A stretch of DNA of 64,000 nucleotides. Source: Scenedesmus sp. PABB004 (lineage: Eukaryota). Numbering within the stretch: the stretch's first letter is position 1; each line of letters opens with the position of its first letter. The notes under the pieces are model-generated. The model searched no databases. It was not told the DNA's origin and saw only the letters and a program-made list of their open reading frames with translations. The translations under genes and the position numbers were made by a program. Below, piece by piece: positions 24,006-36,486 of the stretch. The DNA is taken from NCBI GenBank assembly GCA_014905635.1, contig JABVCE010000003.1:682001-746000 (forward strand), given 5' to 3'.

Positions 24006-24543
24006 CTACCGCGGCTCCGCCGGTTGCTGCGGCGACTGCTGCGGCGCCGGCTGCCGCGGCTGCCCGGCCTCGGCGGCCGCCGCGGCCGCGGCCGCCTGCG
24101 CGCGCACCGCGCCGACGCCCTGCACGAGCCCCGTGTCCTGCGGGTCCGCGATGGGGCGCGCGCGGTCGATGTCCTGCAGGCCCCGCTCGATGGCGAGGCG
24201 CTTCGCCGCCTCGCGCTGCGCCTGCGGTCGCGCGGCGCGGCGCGGCGCGGCCTCGCGAGGCGCGGCGCGAGCCCCCCGCGCGCGCGCCGCCCGCCGGCCG
24301 GCCGCCGCGGGCGCGGCCGCGCGCTGCGCCGCGCCGGGCGCGTGGGCGCGCCGCCTCGCCAGCCGGGCGCGCGCGGGCGCGCCGCACCAGGATCTCCTGC
24401 GCCTTCTGCTGCTCCGGCAGGTAGATTAAATAGTACGCCGCCGCGCCGGCGACGAGCCAGGACGTGACGTTGCGCGACCCTCGCACGCCAAACGTGTCGC
24501 CCAGGAAGCGCTGCACCCGCGTGCCGGCGCTGTCGTGCGCCAT
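24006..24543 (-). CDS. Small single-pass membrane protein of unknown function, 2 exons
   Basis: MAHDSAGTRVQRFLGDTFGVRGSRNVTSWLVAGAAAYYLIYLPEQ...RARPIADPQDTGLVQG; resembles, from memory, an uncharacterised plant family with SWxVAG..AY and PIxDPQxTGL motifs. Confidence 0.7.
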
Positions 24544-25118
24544 CGGCGCGGGCCCAGGCGCGGGACAGGCGGCGCAGGGGGGGGGCGCTGCCGGCGGCGC
24601 TGCAGCCGCTGCTGCTGCTGCGCCGGCGCTCGCTCGGGGCGGGGCGCTGCCGCCGGCGCGTGCAGTGGGTGGGTGACGAGCTGGAAGATCACGTGGGGCG
24701 CAGGGCGGCGGCCCTGGGCTGCGCGCGGGCCGCGCGGCAGCGGCAGCAGCGGCGCGCAAGCGGCGGCCACACGCGGCGCGCCGGGAGCGGCGTGATCGCG
24801 GCGCCGCACGGCCGCGTGGCGCGAGCTCGGAGGCGAGCTCTGAAGTGTGGGGCGTGGTGATGAACGGCCTGCCCGCGCGGTGCGGGCCGCCCTCGAACCG
24901 CCGCCTGGACCGCCGCAGAGGCCGTGCGGTGCCGCAGGCCTTCAACGCCGGCCGCGCAGTCGCCACGCGCCACCCAACCCCTCACGCGCGCGCAGCGCGA
25001 CCACTCGCGCCGCCAAGCGAGCGCCGCCGCCGCGGCACCGATCGACAGCGAGCGCTGCCGCTGGCACCCGCTCGCGCGGCGCGCACCGGCGCCGCCCGTC
25101 GTCACTGCCACACCACCC

Positions 25119-26784
25119 ATGCTGCTGGCGGCGCACATCGCGGGCGGCGCGGCCTGCGGGCTGCACTGGCACCGCGCGCCGCCAGGCGGCCGCGCCTCGC
25201 TGCTGTCCTGCCGCGCGGCGGCGCCGGCGCCGGCGGCCGTGACGCTGGCGCCGCCGGGCACGTCGCCGCTCTCGGTCTCGCCGCTGATTACGGGATGCTG
25301 GCAGCTCGCGGGCGGCCACGGGCGCGAGATCTACGACGGCCTGGAGGAGACGCTGAGCGCGTACGCAGACGCGGGCCTCACATCATTCGACACCGCGGAC
25401 ATTTACGGCCCCTCTGAGGCCCTCGTGGGCGCGTGGGCGGCGGAGGCGAACGAGGAGGGCCCGGCGGTGCAGCTGCTGACCAAGTACGTGCCAAACATCT
25501 TCAAGGAGCGCCCCACGCCCGCCGCGGTCGAGGCGGCGATCAGCCGCTCGCTCGCGCGGCTGCAGGTGCGTTTTCGCGCGGCAGGGCGCGCGCGGCGCGC
25601 GGCGGCGACCTGGCGACGGCCGCCGCGCTCCCCGCGCCCCGGCGACGGCCCGCCGCGCTGCCGCGCTGCCGCGCCGCCGCAGGTGCCCCAGCTCGACCTC
25701 GTCGCGATGCACTGGTGAGCGTGGGGACGCGCGGCGCGGCGCGGGGGGGGGGGGGGGCGGGGGATGGTGCGGCGGGGCTCATCGCGCCGCGAGCGCGACG
25801 GCCGACGTGGCTGCGGCGCGCGCCGCCGACGCGGCCGGCGGCGCGCCGCGCGCCGCCGCAGGTGGGACTACGGCGTGCCGGGCATGGTCGACGCTGCGCT
25901 GGTGCTGGCCGACCTGCAGGCTAAGGGCCTGATCAAGCAGGTGGGGGGCGGGGCGGGCGGCGCGCACGCTGCGCGCGCTGCGCCGCAGCCGGCGCGGCCG
26001 CTCTGCGCGTGCCTGGCCACCCGGCCTGACGCCAGCCGCCGCGCCGCGCGGCCTGCAGGTCGGCGTGACCAACATGGACGTCGCCGCGCTGACCGCCATC
26101 GTCGACGCGGGCGTGCCAGTCGCCAGCAACCAGGTGGGCCACCGCCCGCCTCGGCCGCCGCGCGCTCGGCGCCGCGCCGCCGCGCGCGTGGCGCGCGCGG
26201 GCCCGCTCCCACGCGCCCGCCGCCCCCGCCGCCGCCGCCGCCGCCGCCGCCCCGCCCCGGTGTGCACGCGCGCACAGGTCCAGTTCAGCCTGCTCGACCG
26301 CCGGCCGCTCAACGGCATGCTGCAGCTGTGCGTGGACCGCGGCATCAAGCTCATGACCTACGGCAGCCTCGCCGGCGGGCTGCTGTCGGACCGCTACGTC
26401 GAGCAGCCCAAGACGGGGCTGTTTGGCGCGCAGAAGTGGTCAAACGTCGACCTCAACACCAGCTCGCTCAAGATGTACTGGGGCGTCGCCAAGGCCGCGG
26501 GCGGGCAGGCGCTCTGGCGCGAGCTGCTCCTCGCGCTCTCGCGCGTCGCGGGCAAGCACGGCGCGCCGGTCGCCAACGTCGCGCTCGCGTGGGTGCGGCG
26601 CCAGGGCGGCGGCGGCGTGGTGATCCCCATCGTCGGCCTGCCGCGCGGCGCGCCGCGCGTCGACGACAACCTGCGCGCGCTCTCGCTCGCGCTCGACGCG
26701 GAGGACCTCGCGGCCATCGACGAGGTCCTCGCCCGCGCGCCTGGCCCGAGCGGCGACATCTACTCGTTCGAGCGCGGCGGCTGA
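25119..26784 (+). CDS. Aldo/keto reductase, probably organelle-targeted, multi-exon
   Basis: GCWQLAGG, FDTADIYG, LLTKY, LDLVAMHW|WDY, VGVTN, SNQ|VQFSLLDRRP, YGSLAGGLLS; catalytic D/Y/K/H present. Confidence 0.92.
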
Positions 26785-27137
26785 TAGAGAGAGAGAGAGA
26801 GAGCAAGCAGCGCCGCGGCGCGCGCTGCTGCTGCCAGCTGGCCCCGGCGCGCGGCGGCGCGCGCTGGCGGCGGCATGCCGCGAGCGCGGCGCGGTCGCGT
26901 GTTGTGGCTCCTTGCTCTCTCGGAGTGCGACGTGCGGCGGTGACGTGAACGGAGAGCCAACGGACGCGGCTCGCGCGTGTCATGGCAGCGACTGCCCGCG
27001 CCCACACCGCCCCGCCGACCGCTGCCGCCTCCCAGATCTGCCCTCCGCACTCCCACCTAGCTGACACACTCGCGCACGCGACACCCAGCGCGTCGCAGCA
27101 GCCCGCGCGAGGCCAAGCCGCCTGGGCGGTCGCAGCC

Positions 27138-29080
27138 ATGCGCACCGCGGTCGCACTGGCGGCCCTCTGCTGCCTGGCCCTCTTCGTCGGCCATGGTGAG
27201 TCGGGCGCCCAGCGCAGCGCCGGCGGCGCGTCGCGCGGGCCGCTGCCGCGCGCGCGCCGACGGCCGCCCCCACGGAGGCCGCGCGGCGGGCTGTGGGGGC
27301 CGGAATAAGGCTTGCCGGGAGCCGGCAGCGCTGTGACCGGCTGAAGAACGCGGCGCCGGCCCCGCACCGCGGAGCTGGCCGCGCAACGGGATGCGTGGTT
27401 GGCGGGCTGCCCGCCGGCGCGCGCCCGGGGCCGGCACCGCGCGCCCCCGTCACGCGCGCAGCTCTCTCACGCAGCTCTCTCACGCGCCGCACACGCGCAC
27501 GCCCGCGCCGCACGTCCGCCTCTCGCAGGCGCCGCGCAGACGCTGGCGGAGGCAGACGCGGTGACCAACACCTACTTCCGCCCCCAGTCCGCCATCCTCA
27601 CGACCGACGCCTCCACCGAGGAGGCCATCCCGGGCCTGGCGCCGACCGACCCCGCGCGCGTGCAGCGGTCCATCCCCAACCTGGAGAACCTGGCGCCGCT
27701 GCTGACGATGATCACGCCCTTCCTGCCGTACGTGCAGGAGATCACCAACGCGCTCGGCATCTGGATGCCCAACTCCTGGGACCTCGCCGAGACCGGCCCC
27801 ACGCGCGACTGGCTCGCCGCCGTCGTGCAGACGACCTGGGACGGCCTCTGGGGCAACGGCCCGCGCCCGATGCTCGCGCCGATGATGCTCGTCGCCGCGC
27901 CCGAGGCGCGACGCCGCGCCGCGCTGCGTGCGCGCGGCGCCGCGCGGCCGGCCGGCCCGCTCAGCGCGCCGCGCCCGCCGCCGCCGCCGCGCCCGCGCGC
28001 GCGCCCGCGCCGAGCTCACAGCTTGGTGCGCCCAGACCCGACCCGCCCCGCCCCGCGCCCCGCCCCGTGCCGCCCCGCCGCGCGCCGCGCAGGCGTACAA
28101 GAAGCTGCCGGAGCAGATCAAGACCGTCGGCGGGCTGCCCGGCATGCCGATCAACCCGCTCAAGGCCCACGTTGTCGGCGCGGCGGTCATCGACCAGCTG
28201 ACGCACAACATGATGCTCCCGCGCGCGCCGCTGCTCATGAACGCGACCAACGGCACGACGGTCAAGACGCTCGGCGGCGTGGAGCTCACGCTCGTGGTCA
28301 AGTGAGCCGCGGGGGGCCGGGGTGGGGTCGTGGTGGTGGTGTGTGTGTGTGGGGGGGGGGGGGGGGGTAGAGGGTAGGGCCGGCGGCGCGGCGCAGAGCG
28401 CTGCGGCCCGGCAGCGAGCGCGCGGCCCCCGCCGCCGCCGCCGCGCCGCGCGCCGCGCAGGGAGGACGGCCGCTACCTGGTCAGCAACACCAGCGCCGTC
28501 AAGATCCTCTCCGGCGACGTGCGCCACGGCACGGTGAGGCGCGCGCGCGCGCGCGCGCGAACCGCCGCCGCCCGCCTCCGCGCCGGCCGCCTCGGCGTCG
28601 GCGGCCGCCGACACCCCGCCGCCGCGCCGGCTGCTGGCGGCTGACGCCCCGCCGCCCGCCCGCGCGCCGCGCCGCGCCGCCCGCCCCCGCGCGCCGCCGC
28701 CGCCGCTGCCCGCCCCGCAGAACACGTTCCAGATTGTCGACAGCTTTGTTGTGCCCAAGATCAGCCTCGCGCTCAAGCCGCCGCCGCCGCTGCTGACGGC
28801 GGAGGAGCTCGCGGCGCTGCCGCGCGTGACGCAGATGCTCAAGGACAGCCTCAACGATCTCCCCGCCGCGATCGCGGGCATGCCGGCCGCGTGGACGACC
28901 ATGATCGTCCGCCAGCTGCCGGACCACATGCAGCGCAGCATCAAGGAGATCCAGGGCCTCATTGCCGCGGCCAAGCCGGTCGACTTCAGCATCAAGACCA
29001 ACCCCAACATCACGCTCCCCCGCATCACCATCCGCGCGCCGCAGCTCGTCGCGGCCAAGGCCGGCCGGCGCCGCGCGTGA
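27138..29080 (+). CDS. Secreted fasciclin (FAS1)-like domain protein, 5 exons
   Basis: Signal peptide MRTAVALAALCCLALFVGHG; AAPE|AYKKL (H1-like), VKTLGGVELT, VKILSGDVRHGT|NTFQIVDSFVVP (H2-like). Confidence 0.65.
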
Positions 29081-29987
29081 GCGCGGGCGGGCGCCGGCGG
29101 CGGGCGCCGGCGGCGCGCGCGCGCGCGCTGCCGCATCGCGCCGCGCCGCGCCGCGCCGCGCTGGAGTGCGCTGCGCGGGTCGCGCCCTGCGGCGGGCGCG
29201 CGGGATCGGTTGACTGCACTGGCCAGCGCATTCCCTTGATAGGCAGGCATGAGAGCTGTCCCTTCAAATTTGCTGCCGCCGCGAGGCGGCCGCGACTCTG
29301 CAGGCTGACGCAGCCGCCGCGCGGCGCTGCGGGAGCGCGGTGCAATCGCTGCGTTACCTCCGCCGCTGCCGTTCGTGGGCGCCCACCCCGCCAGCAGCAG
29401 GCCAGCCCCAGCCGCCACGCAAGCCCACACACACCATGTCGGCGCCCCGTGGCGCCGCCCTGAACTTCTGGCAAGCCGTTGACGCGAGCGCTCGCACAAG
29501 CAGATGGCAAGGAAGGGACTCATGCAGTTGCTCAGTGTCTCTGCGGCGGCGCCGTAGCCGCCGCCCTCCGTTTGATGCGACGATGCCGACGGTCCTCAGT
29601 CAGTCAGGCGCTGCACCGCCGCCCGCTGCGCGCGCACGGGGGCGTGGCGCGGGGGCGCCGCAGGTCCCCAAACCCAAACTCGGGCAGCCACAACCACGAC
29701 CACACTCACACAGCCACACACCGCAGCATGCTCCCCGTCGTGCACGTGTGCACCCGAGGCCGGCACGCGTGGCGTGCCGCTGACACGATCAAGTCCCCCG
29801 CCCCCTCCCCCGTCCAAGGTTCCCGCCGCGCAGCGCCCGTCGCTGCGAACCGTGACTCCGTGTCTGTTGGGTTCATGTGTCGTCGTGTGCGGCGCCGCCG
29901 GCCCTCACGGGCCCGGCGGCAGCCGCGTGCGCCCGGCCTGCCAGCCGCCGGCTCGCCAAAACTGCTGCCTCGCCGCGGCGCGCAGCC

Positions 29988-32229
29988 TCACTCGCCGCTG
30001 CGCCGGCCCGTGGCGGTCTCCCACACCACGGTGCTGCTCGCGTCCAAAAGCAGCGCGTTGCCGTCGTCCTGCACGATCAGGCGGTGCGGGCTGCGCCCGC
30101 GCCCGGCCGTGCGCGACTGCCACAGCAGCTTGCCGTCCCGGTCGAGCACTGCGGGCGGCGGGCGGGCGGGCGGCGGCTCAGCAACGCCGCCGGCGGTCAG
30201 GCGTGTGTGTGTGACCGAGGTGGGCAGACCGACGCGCCCCGGTCGCCACGCACCGGCGAGGTTGCCGCTCTCAGACAGCACGAGCTTCAGCGGCCGCGCC
30301 TCGGACGCGCCGGCCGTGCCGCTCGCCCAGATGCGCACGGGCGTGGGCCCGATCTCGCGGAGGACCAGGTTGGCGTTCAGCTGCAGGCACAGCTTCGCCT
30401 GCGCGCCAGCGCGCGCCGGTCAAAACCGCGCGTGGCGCCGCGGCGCAGGCAGCGCCGGCTGCGGCCGGCAGCTCACCGCGCCGCCCCGCACCTGGCGCTG
30501 CGGCGAGAACAGGCACTGCCCGCTGGGCATCTCGTCGCCGGTCGCGAGCATCTGCGGCGGCGCGTCGCCCGGCGCCGGCGAGGGGCTGGGCTGCGGCGCG
30601 GCGCTGCTCGGCGGCGAGCCCTGCGTCTCGTCCGACGGCGGCCCCGACGGCGGCAGGGCGGGCGGCACGACCGGCAGCGTGTCCTCTGGCAGGGGCTCAA
30701 ACACGTTGGCCCGGAACTCGCCGGGCCAGTTGCCTGCGCCGGACGCGGCGTGCCGCCGGCCGGCAGAGGTCAGGGGGGCGGCGCGGCCCGCGCGCTGCCC
30801 GCGCCTGCTGCTGCTGCTGGGCCGCTGGCACGGCGCCGCGGGCGCACCCTGGGGCGAGTACCGGCAGACCACCAGCACGCCCTGGTCCCAGGACGGCTTC
30901 AGCCCGGTGAGGCACGTCGCAAAGGCGCAGCCGATCTCGCGCGTGTCGCCCCACACCAGCTGCGCGCGGCGGCCGCGGCGGCGGCGCGGTGGGGCCCCCG
31001 AGGCGCGCGCAGCGCTGCCCGCTGGCTGCCTCCCTCTCGCTCTCAAGCGCGCACGCGCGTGCACGCGCCCCGCGCAGCGCGCGCCTGTGTGAAGTGGCCC
31101 GTCGTGGGCGTGAAGCCGGGGCGCTTGAAGTCGTACGTGTCGCCCTCGCTGTACCTGATGCGCCGCCGCGGCGGCGGCGCGGCGCGGCCGACGCGGTCGG
31201 CGGCCGCGGCCCCCGCGATCGGCGGCCGCGGCCCCACGAGCAGTGTGCGCACCAGATGTCCACCGCGGCGGCCATGTACAGTCCCAACTCGTCCGTCACG
31301 AAGTTTGCGGCCATTAGGTTTTCGCCGTATCTGACCGACCGCGGCGGCGCGGCGCGGCGCGGCCACCACGGTGGGCGGCTCCGGCGAGGCAGGGGCGCGG
31401 CGGCCGCGGCCCGGCGCGGCCCCGCGCGGCCGGCGGCGCGGCGCGGCGCTCACCGGTAGTTGTTTGGGTCGTGCTGGTACTCGCACTTGGCCGCGTACTT
31501 GGCAGACGACTCGCTCAGTGCCGTGCTCCAGCGCAGCGGCCCGACCTGGCGCGCGCGCGCGCGTCGGCGTCGGGCGTGTCGGCGCGCGTCGGCGCGCCGC
31601 GGCGGGCGGCGCGCGCGCGGCCCCGCATGCGCGCGCGCGCGGCCCTCGGGGGCAGCGGAGCGCACCTGGTGCAGCGCGCGGTAGCGGTTGTGCAGCTCCA
31701 GCACGGATGCGATGACGGGGTCAGCCAGGCCGCCCGGCAGCGCCGCGCCGCCGCCAGCGCCGGCGCCGTTGCCGCGCGCCGCCGCCGCGCGGCTGAGCTT
31801 GAGCGCGGCCTCGCTCGTGGCGCGTGCCTTGGCGCTGCCGTTTGCGGCACTCGGCGCGCCGGCCCCGAGCGCGCTGTAGCTGTCGGCGGCGTAGCTGTCG
31901 GCGCCGTAGCCAGCGCTGGCGGCCGCGCCGCGGCTGGCGTTGCCGGCCGCCGGCGGCGGCGGGGCCGGCGCCGACGTCGCGTTGGCAGCAGCGGCCGTGG
32001 CGTTGCCGCCGCGCGGCGCCCCGGGCGCCCGGGCGCGCCGCAGCAGCGTCTCCTCCTGGAGCAGCATCGAGTGGCTGTGGTGCTTCTGGTGGTCCAGCTG
32101 CTCCCTGAGCAGCGCCGTCATCTGGGTCGAGTCCGGGTCGTGCCCGCCGTCGGCGCGGCCGCCCGCCGCCGGGCCGCAAAGCGCCGCAGCGACCACCAGC
32201 GCGGCGAGCAACCAGCGATTTCGCGGCAT
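29988..32229 (-). CDS. Secreted CAP (SCP/PR-1) domain protein with Pro-rich linker and C-terminal bulb-type lectin domain
   Basis: Signal peptide; LELHNRYRALHQ|VGPLRWS, YGENL, TGHFTQ|LVW..TREIGCA, VVCRYSPQ|GN; then LCLQLNANLVL, IWASGT, LVLSESGNL, LLWQS, LIVQDDGNALL, VVWET. Confidence 0.88.
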
Positions 32230-33042
32230 CGCCCTGCGTGCAGGGAGACGGAGACGGGGGTCACGGTGCCGTCGGGCGCGCGCGGGGCCGGCATACGGCC
32301 GCGATGCGGGCCGTGGGGGCAGCAGCAGGGCGGGCAACAGTACACGCTGGCGCGGCGACTCCGGCGGCCCCTGGCCCGCTCGTGCTAGAGCATGAGCATT
32401 AAATCACGGTGCAGAGCGCGATGGAGGCTACCGTGAATGCGTTCGCGCGCCCGCCGCGCGGCGCGGGACCGGCAAGCGCGCGCGACCTGCTGTCCGGTCC
32501 GTGCAAAGCTCCGCACCCACCTGGCCGTGCTCGTGAGGTGAGGTACACGAAAGCCTGGCGTGATCGTCCGGGCCGGGAGGCGCGCCGGCTTGTATGCGCG
32601 GGCGTGGAGCTCGGAGTTGTGGTTCCGTCCTCCGCCGCTCTCCCGGAGCGCGGTGGCAGGCTCGGCGCGGTATAATCAGACACTGACGAGTACTCCTGTA
32701 TTCTGTGTGAGGGCGCGAGGGGGCGGGGGGTCGGAGCTCGCAATGGGGGCGGGTGTTTGGGCGTCGGCCGCGCTTGCCCTTCCGCGTTCTGGACCGCGTC
32801 GCGACGCGCAGGGATGCTGGTATTGCTGGTTTATGCTTGGGAACGCGCGCTGCGGGAGGTACTCGGGCCGGGGCAGCGTGGTCGCCGAACGGCAGCGCCG
32901 CCGACCAGCGCGCTGCCGCAGTGTGCATGTTTACCCCGCCGCCGCCGCACGCGCCGCGCTCCCAGGTGCCCCCAGCAGCGACGCTGCGGGCTGCTGCCGA
33001 GCGCGGGCGCGGCGCCGGCGCCGCGCGCCGCAGTCACCCCGA

Positions 33043-34108
33043 TCAGTGCCCCGTCAGCTTGAGCGCGGCCAGCGCGAGCACCGCCGCGCCGCCCGCGAGC
33101 GCCGCCAGCGCCGCGGGCTGGCTGCCAGCAAAGGCCCACCACGCGTCGCCGTCGTCGTCGCCACCGGACGCCGCGGCGCGCGGCGCGGCGGCGCCGCTGG
33201 GCTCCTCGTCCTCCACCAGCGAGGCTGCGGCGGCGGCGCGCGGCAGCGGCGGCGGCGGTGCGTGGGCCGGCGGGCGCGGCCGGCGGCGCGCCCCCCGGCG
33301 CGGCCACCCCGTGCCCGCCCCGGCGCGGCCGCCCCGCTTGCGCGGCACGCACTCAGCTGCACCGCGCGGCTGGTCTGCTTGTAGCTCGCGCCGCCCGCCG
33401 CGCCGCTGGCGCCCGTGGCGTCGTCCAGCCCGCCCTCGCCCTTGGGGCCTGGCGGGCGCCGAGAGGCGCGGCGCGGCACGGCGCGGGCGGCGGGTCGGCG
33501 GCGGCGCAGGCGCACGCGCGGGCGGCGCCCGGCGCGCGCAGCCGCGGCCGCAGCTCACCGCCCTGAATGCAGACCGCCCCGAGCTGCCCGTCCCTGTACT
33601 CATACAGCGCCATGCCGACCGGCTTCTCCAGCAGCGGCGACACCTGCGCGCCCCGCGGCCGCGCCTGGGAGGGCGCCACGGCGCGCGGCCCCCCGCCGCC
33701 CGCGCGCCGCAAGCTGCGCGCTGCCCGCCCGCGCCGCCGCGCCGCACGCGCCTCGCGCATGAACGCCTCGACCTCTGGCCGCGTGTTGTGCCGCCCCATG
33801 GCCGCGTTGCTCTCGTAGCGCTCCCAGAAGTGGAAGACGTTCTCCTCCCAGCCGTCGGCGGCGCAGGTGAACTCCTGAATGCCGCTCCCCCGCCCGGCCG
33901 CGGCGTCGCGGCTGAACTGCGTCACGCGCTCGCAGAGCGACTGCACGGCGGCGCGGTGCTCCGGCTTTGCGACCAGCGTCTTGCTGCACACCACCTGGCG
34001 CGCGCTCTTGGCCTTGATCGCGCCGGTCACGACCAGGCGCCGGCGCGGCGCCCGCGCAGCAGCGGCGGCCGCCGGCCGCTGCCGCGCCGCCGAGCACGCG
34101 TGCGCCAT
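33043..34108 (-). CDS. ABM / dimeric alpha-beta barrel protein with transit-like N-terminus and C-terminal hydrophobic anchor
   Basis: KTLVAKPEHRAAVQSL...NVFHFWERYESNAAMGRHNTRPEV fits the ABM pattern (F...E.Y.s..A...H...P); ends in PAALAALAGGAAVLALAALKL. Confidence 0.7.
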
Positions 34109-34538
34109 GGGGCCGCGAGGCGCACGCGCTGAGCGAGCTGTGGAGCAAGCGACCCGGAGCGATGCGGCGCGGGCGTCGCGGTGCGCGGGCGCGCGGAGTC
34201 GAAGGCTGTCGAGGCCGGTGTCGGCGCGCGGCGTCGGGCGCGAGATCGGGCGCTTGGGGGCAATCGGAATGGCCCTCCCGCGCGTGTCGGCGATGCTCGC
34301 GGCAGGTGGGACGCGAAGGGGCGCCTCTGCCGGTGCTGCTTGGCGCGCGAGGGCTCAAACCCCCGCTGAGCAGCGCGCATTGGTCAGGGCCGGCTGCCAG
34401 ACGGTGTGCCGCGTCGCACCGGGGCGCGGCGGGGCGATCGCGGGGCGGCGGCGTGCTGCGCGCGACGTTGCCGCTCACCGCGCCCCCGACACACCCTCAG
34501 CCTGCGACCCCGCCGCCCCCACACGCGCTGGCTCGGGC

Positions 34539-35290
34539 TCAGGCCTTGCCACCCGTCGCGGCGGCCACCTCCTCCGCCAGGTTGCTCTGCTTCTTCTCCA
34601 CGCCCTCGCCCAGCACAAAGCGGTGGAAGCGGCGCACCTGGCGCGCGCGGGGGGCAGGGCGCGCGCGGGAGCGTGAGGCGTGCGACGCGCTGGGCCCCGT
34701 TCCACGGCGGCTGCCCCGTCGGGCTCAGCGCTCGCACCTGGATGTTCTCGCCGCACGCCGCGACCGCCTCCTTGACCGCCTCACCCACCGTCTTGGCGTT
34801 GTCGAGCAGGTAGGGCTGCTCCAGCAGCACGCGCTCCTGCAAGCGCAGAAGGGCGGGCAGGCGCGGCGCGTGAGCACGGCGCGGCGCAGGGGGCGCGCAC
34901 GGGCCGCGGCGCGGCGGCGCGGCGCGCGCACCTGCACCAGCTTCTTGACGCGGCCCTCGGCGATCTTGGCGCGGATGGCCTCGGGCTTGGAGGCGAGGTC
35001 CTCGCGGCCCATCTCGATCTCCTTCTCCTGCTCCCACACCTCGGCGGGGATCTCGTCCGCGCTCACGTACTCGACGCCCGGGCTGGCAGCGATCTGGCGC
35101 GGCGGGCGCGGCGGCGGCGCACGGGGCGTCGTGCGGAGGCCGCGCTCGCACGCGCGTGTGCGGCGCCGGCCGCGCGTGGCGGCGCCCGGCCGCACGCGCG
35201 CAGCAGCGGCCGCGTGCACGCAGCAGCACCACGCGCACCTGCATCGCGACCGTGTTGGCGAGGCGGCCGAAGACCTCGCCCGCGGCGACA

Positions 35291-35325
<35 letters not shown>

Positions 35326-36451
35326 CAGGCGGCTGCCGGGGTGGATGTAGGCGAGCACCGCGCCCTCGGCCGCCAGCCGGCCCGCCTTCTTGTCCGCCTG
35401 CGCGAGGCCCTTCTTGCGCAGCCACTCGCTCGCCGCCTCGACATCGCCGCCGTTCTCGGCGAGAGCCTTTTTGCAGTCCATCATGCCCGCGCCGCTCTTG
35501 TCGCGCAGCTGCTTCACCAGCCCCGCGCTGATCGCGACCGCGGGCTTGGCCGCCTCCTGCGCGGGCGATGGCGCGCGGGACGCCGTGCGTGGGTCTCCGC
35601 CGCGCGCCGCGCCGCACGCGTGCCGCCCGGGCGCCGCCCGCCCCACGCGCGCGCCGCGCGCGCGCGCCGCACCGGCTTGGGCGCCGCCTCCTCCTTCTTG
35701 GGCGCCTCCTTCTTGGGCGCCTCGTCGGCCTTGGCCTTGGCCTGCGTCTGCTGCGCCACCTCGGCCGCAAAGTCGGCGCTGCGCTTCTCGAGGCCCTCGC
35801 CGAGGTTGAACTTGACAAAGCGGCGCACCTGCGGGGCAGAGCAGCAGCGAGGGCGGGCGGCAAGGTGGCGGAAGCGGGGCGGGCGGCGGCGCCGTCAGCA
35901 GCCGCCGCGGCAGCACGGCGCGCGGCGCGCCGCCCCCGCCGCCCCGGCGCGCGGGGCTGCAGCGCCGCGGCGGCGCGCCGCGGCGTTGCGCGCCTGGATG
36001 TTCTCGCCCGTCGCGGCGATGGTCTCCTTGATGATCTCGCCGACCGTCTTGTTGTTGTCGCGCAGCGCCGGCTGCTCCAGCAGCGCAAAGGCGCGCTTGA
36101 TCTTCTCCAGCCGCCCCTCAACAATCTGCGCGGCGCGGCGCCGCGGCGGCGCGGCGGGTCGGCCGCCGGCACGGCACGCGCAGCACGCGCGGGCGGCGCG
36201 CCGGCGCGCGCGCTGGGGCGCGGGGGCCCGCCGCGGCGCCTCGGCACACACGCGCACACGCGCGCGCGCGCACCTTGGCGCGCACTGCCTCGGGCTTGGC
36301 CTTGAGGTCCTCCTTGCCCATCTCGACCTCGCGCTCGCGCGCGAGCAGGTCGGCCGGCATGTCCTCCACGCTCACGCACACGACCTCGCTGCTCGCGACG
36401 ACCATCGCGAGCTCGCCCGCGAGGCCCGTGAACGCGTCGCCCGCGGCGACA

Positions 36452-36486
<35 letters not shown>

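Noticed and set aside
25119..26784. Calling the aldo/keto reductase radial spoke protein 5 and linking it to IQUB
   Set aside because: The catalytic tetrad and transit-like N-terminus fit an ordinary enzyme; nothing supports a flagellar role.
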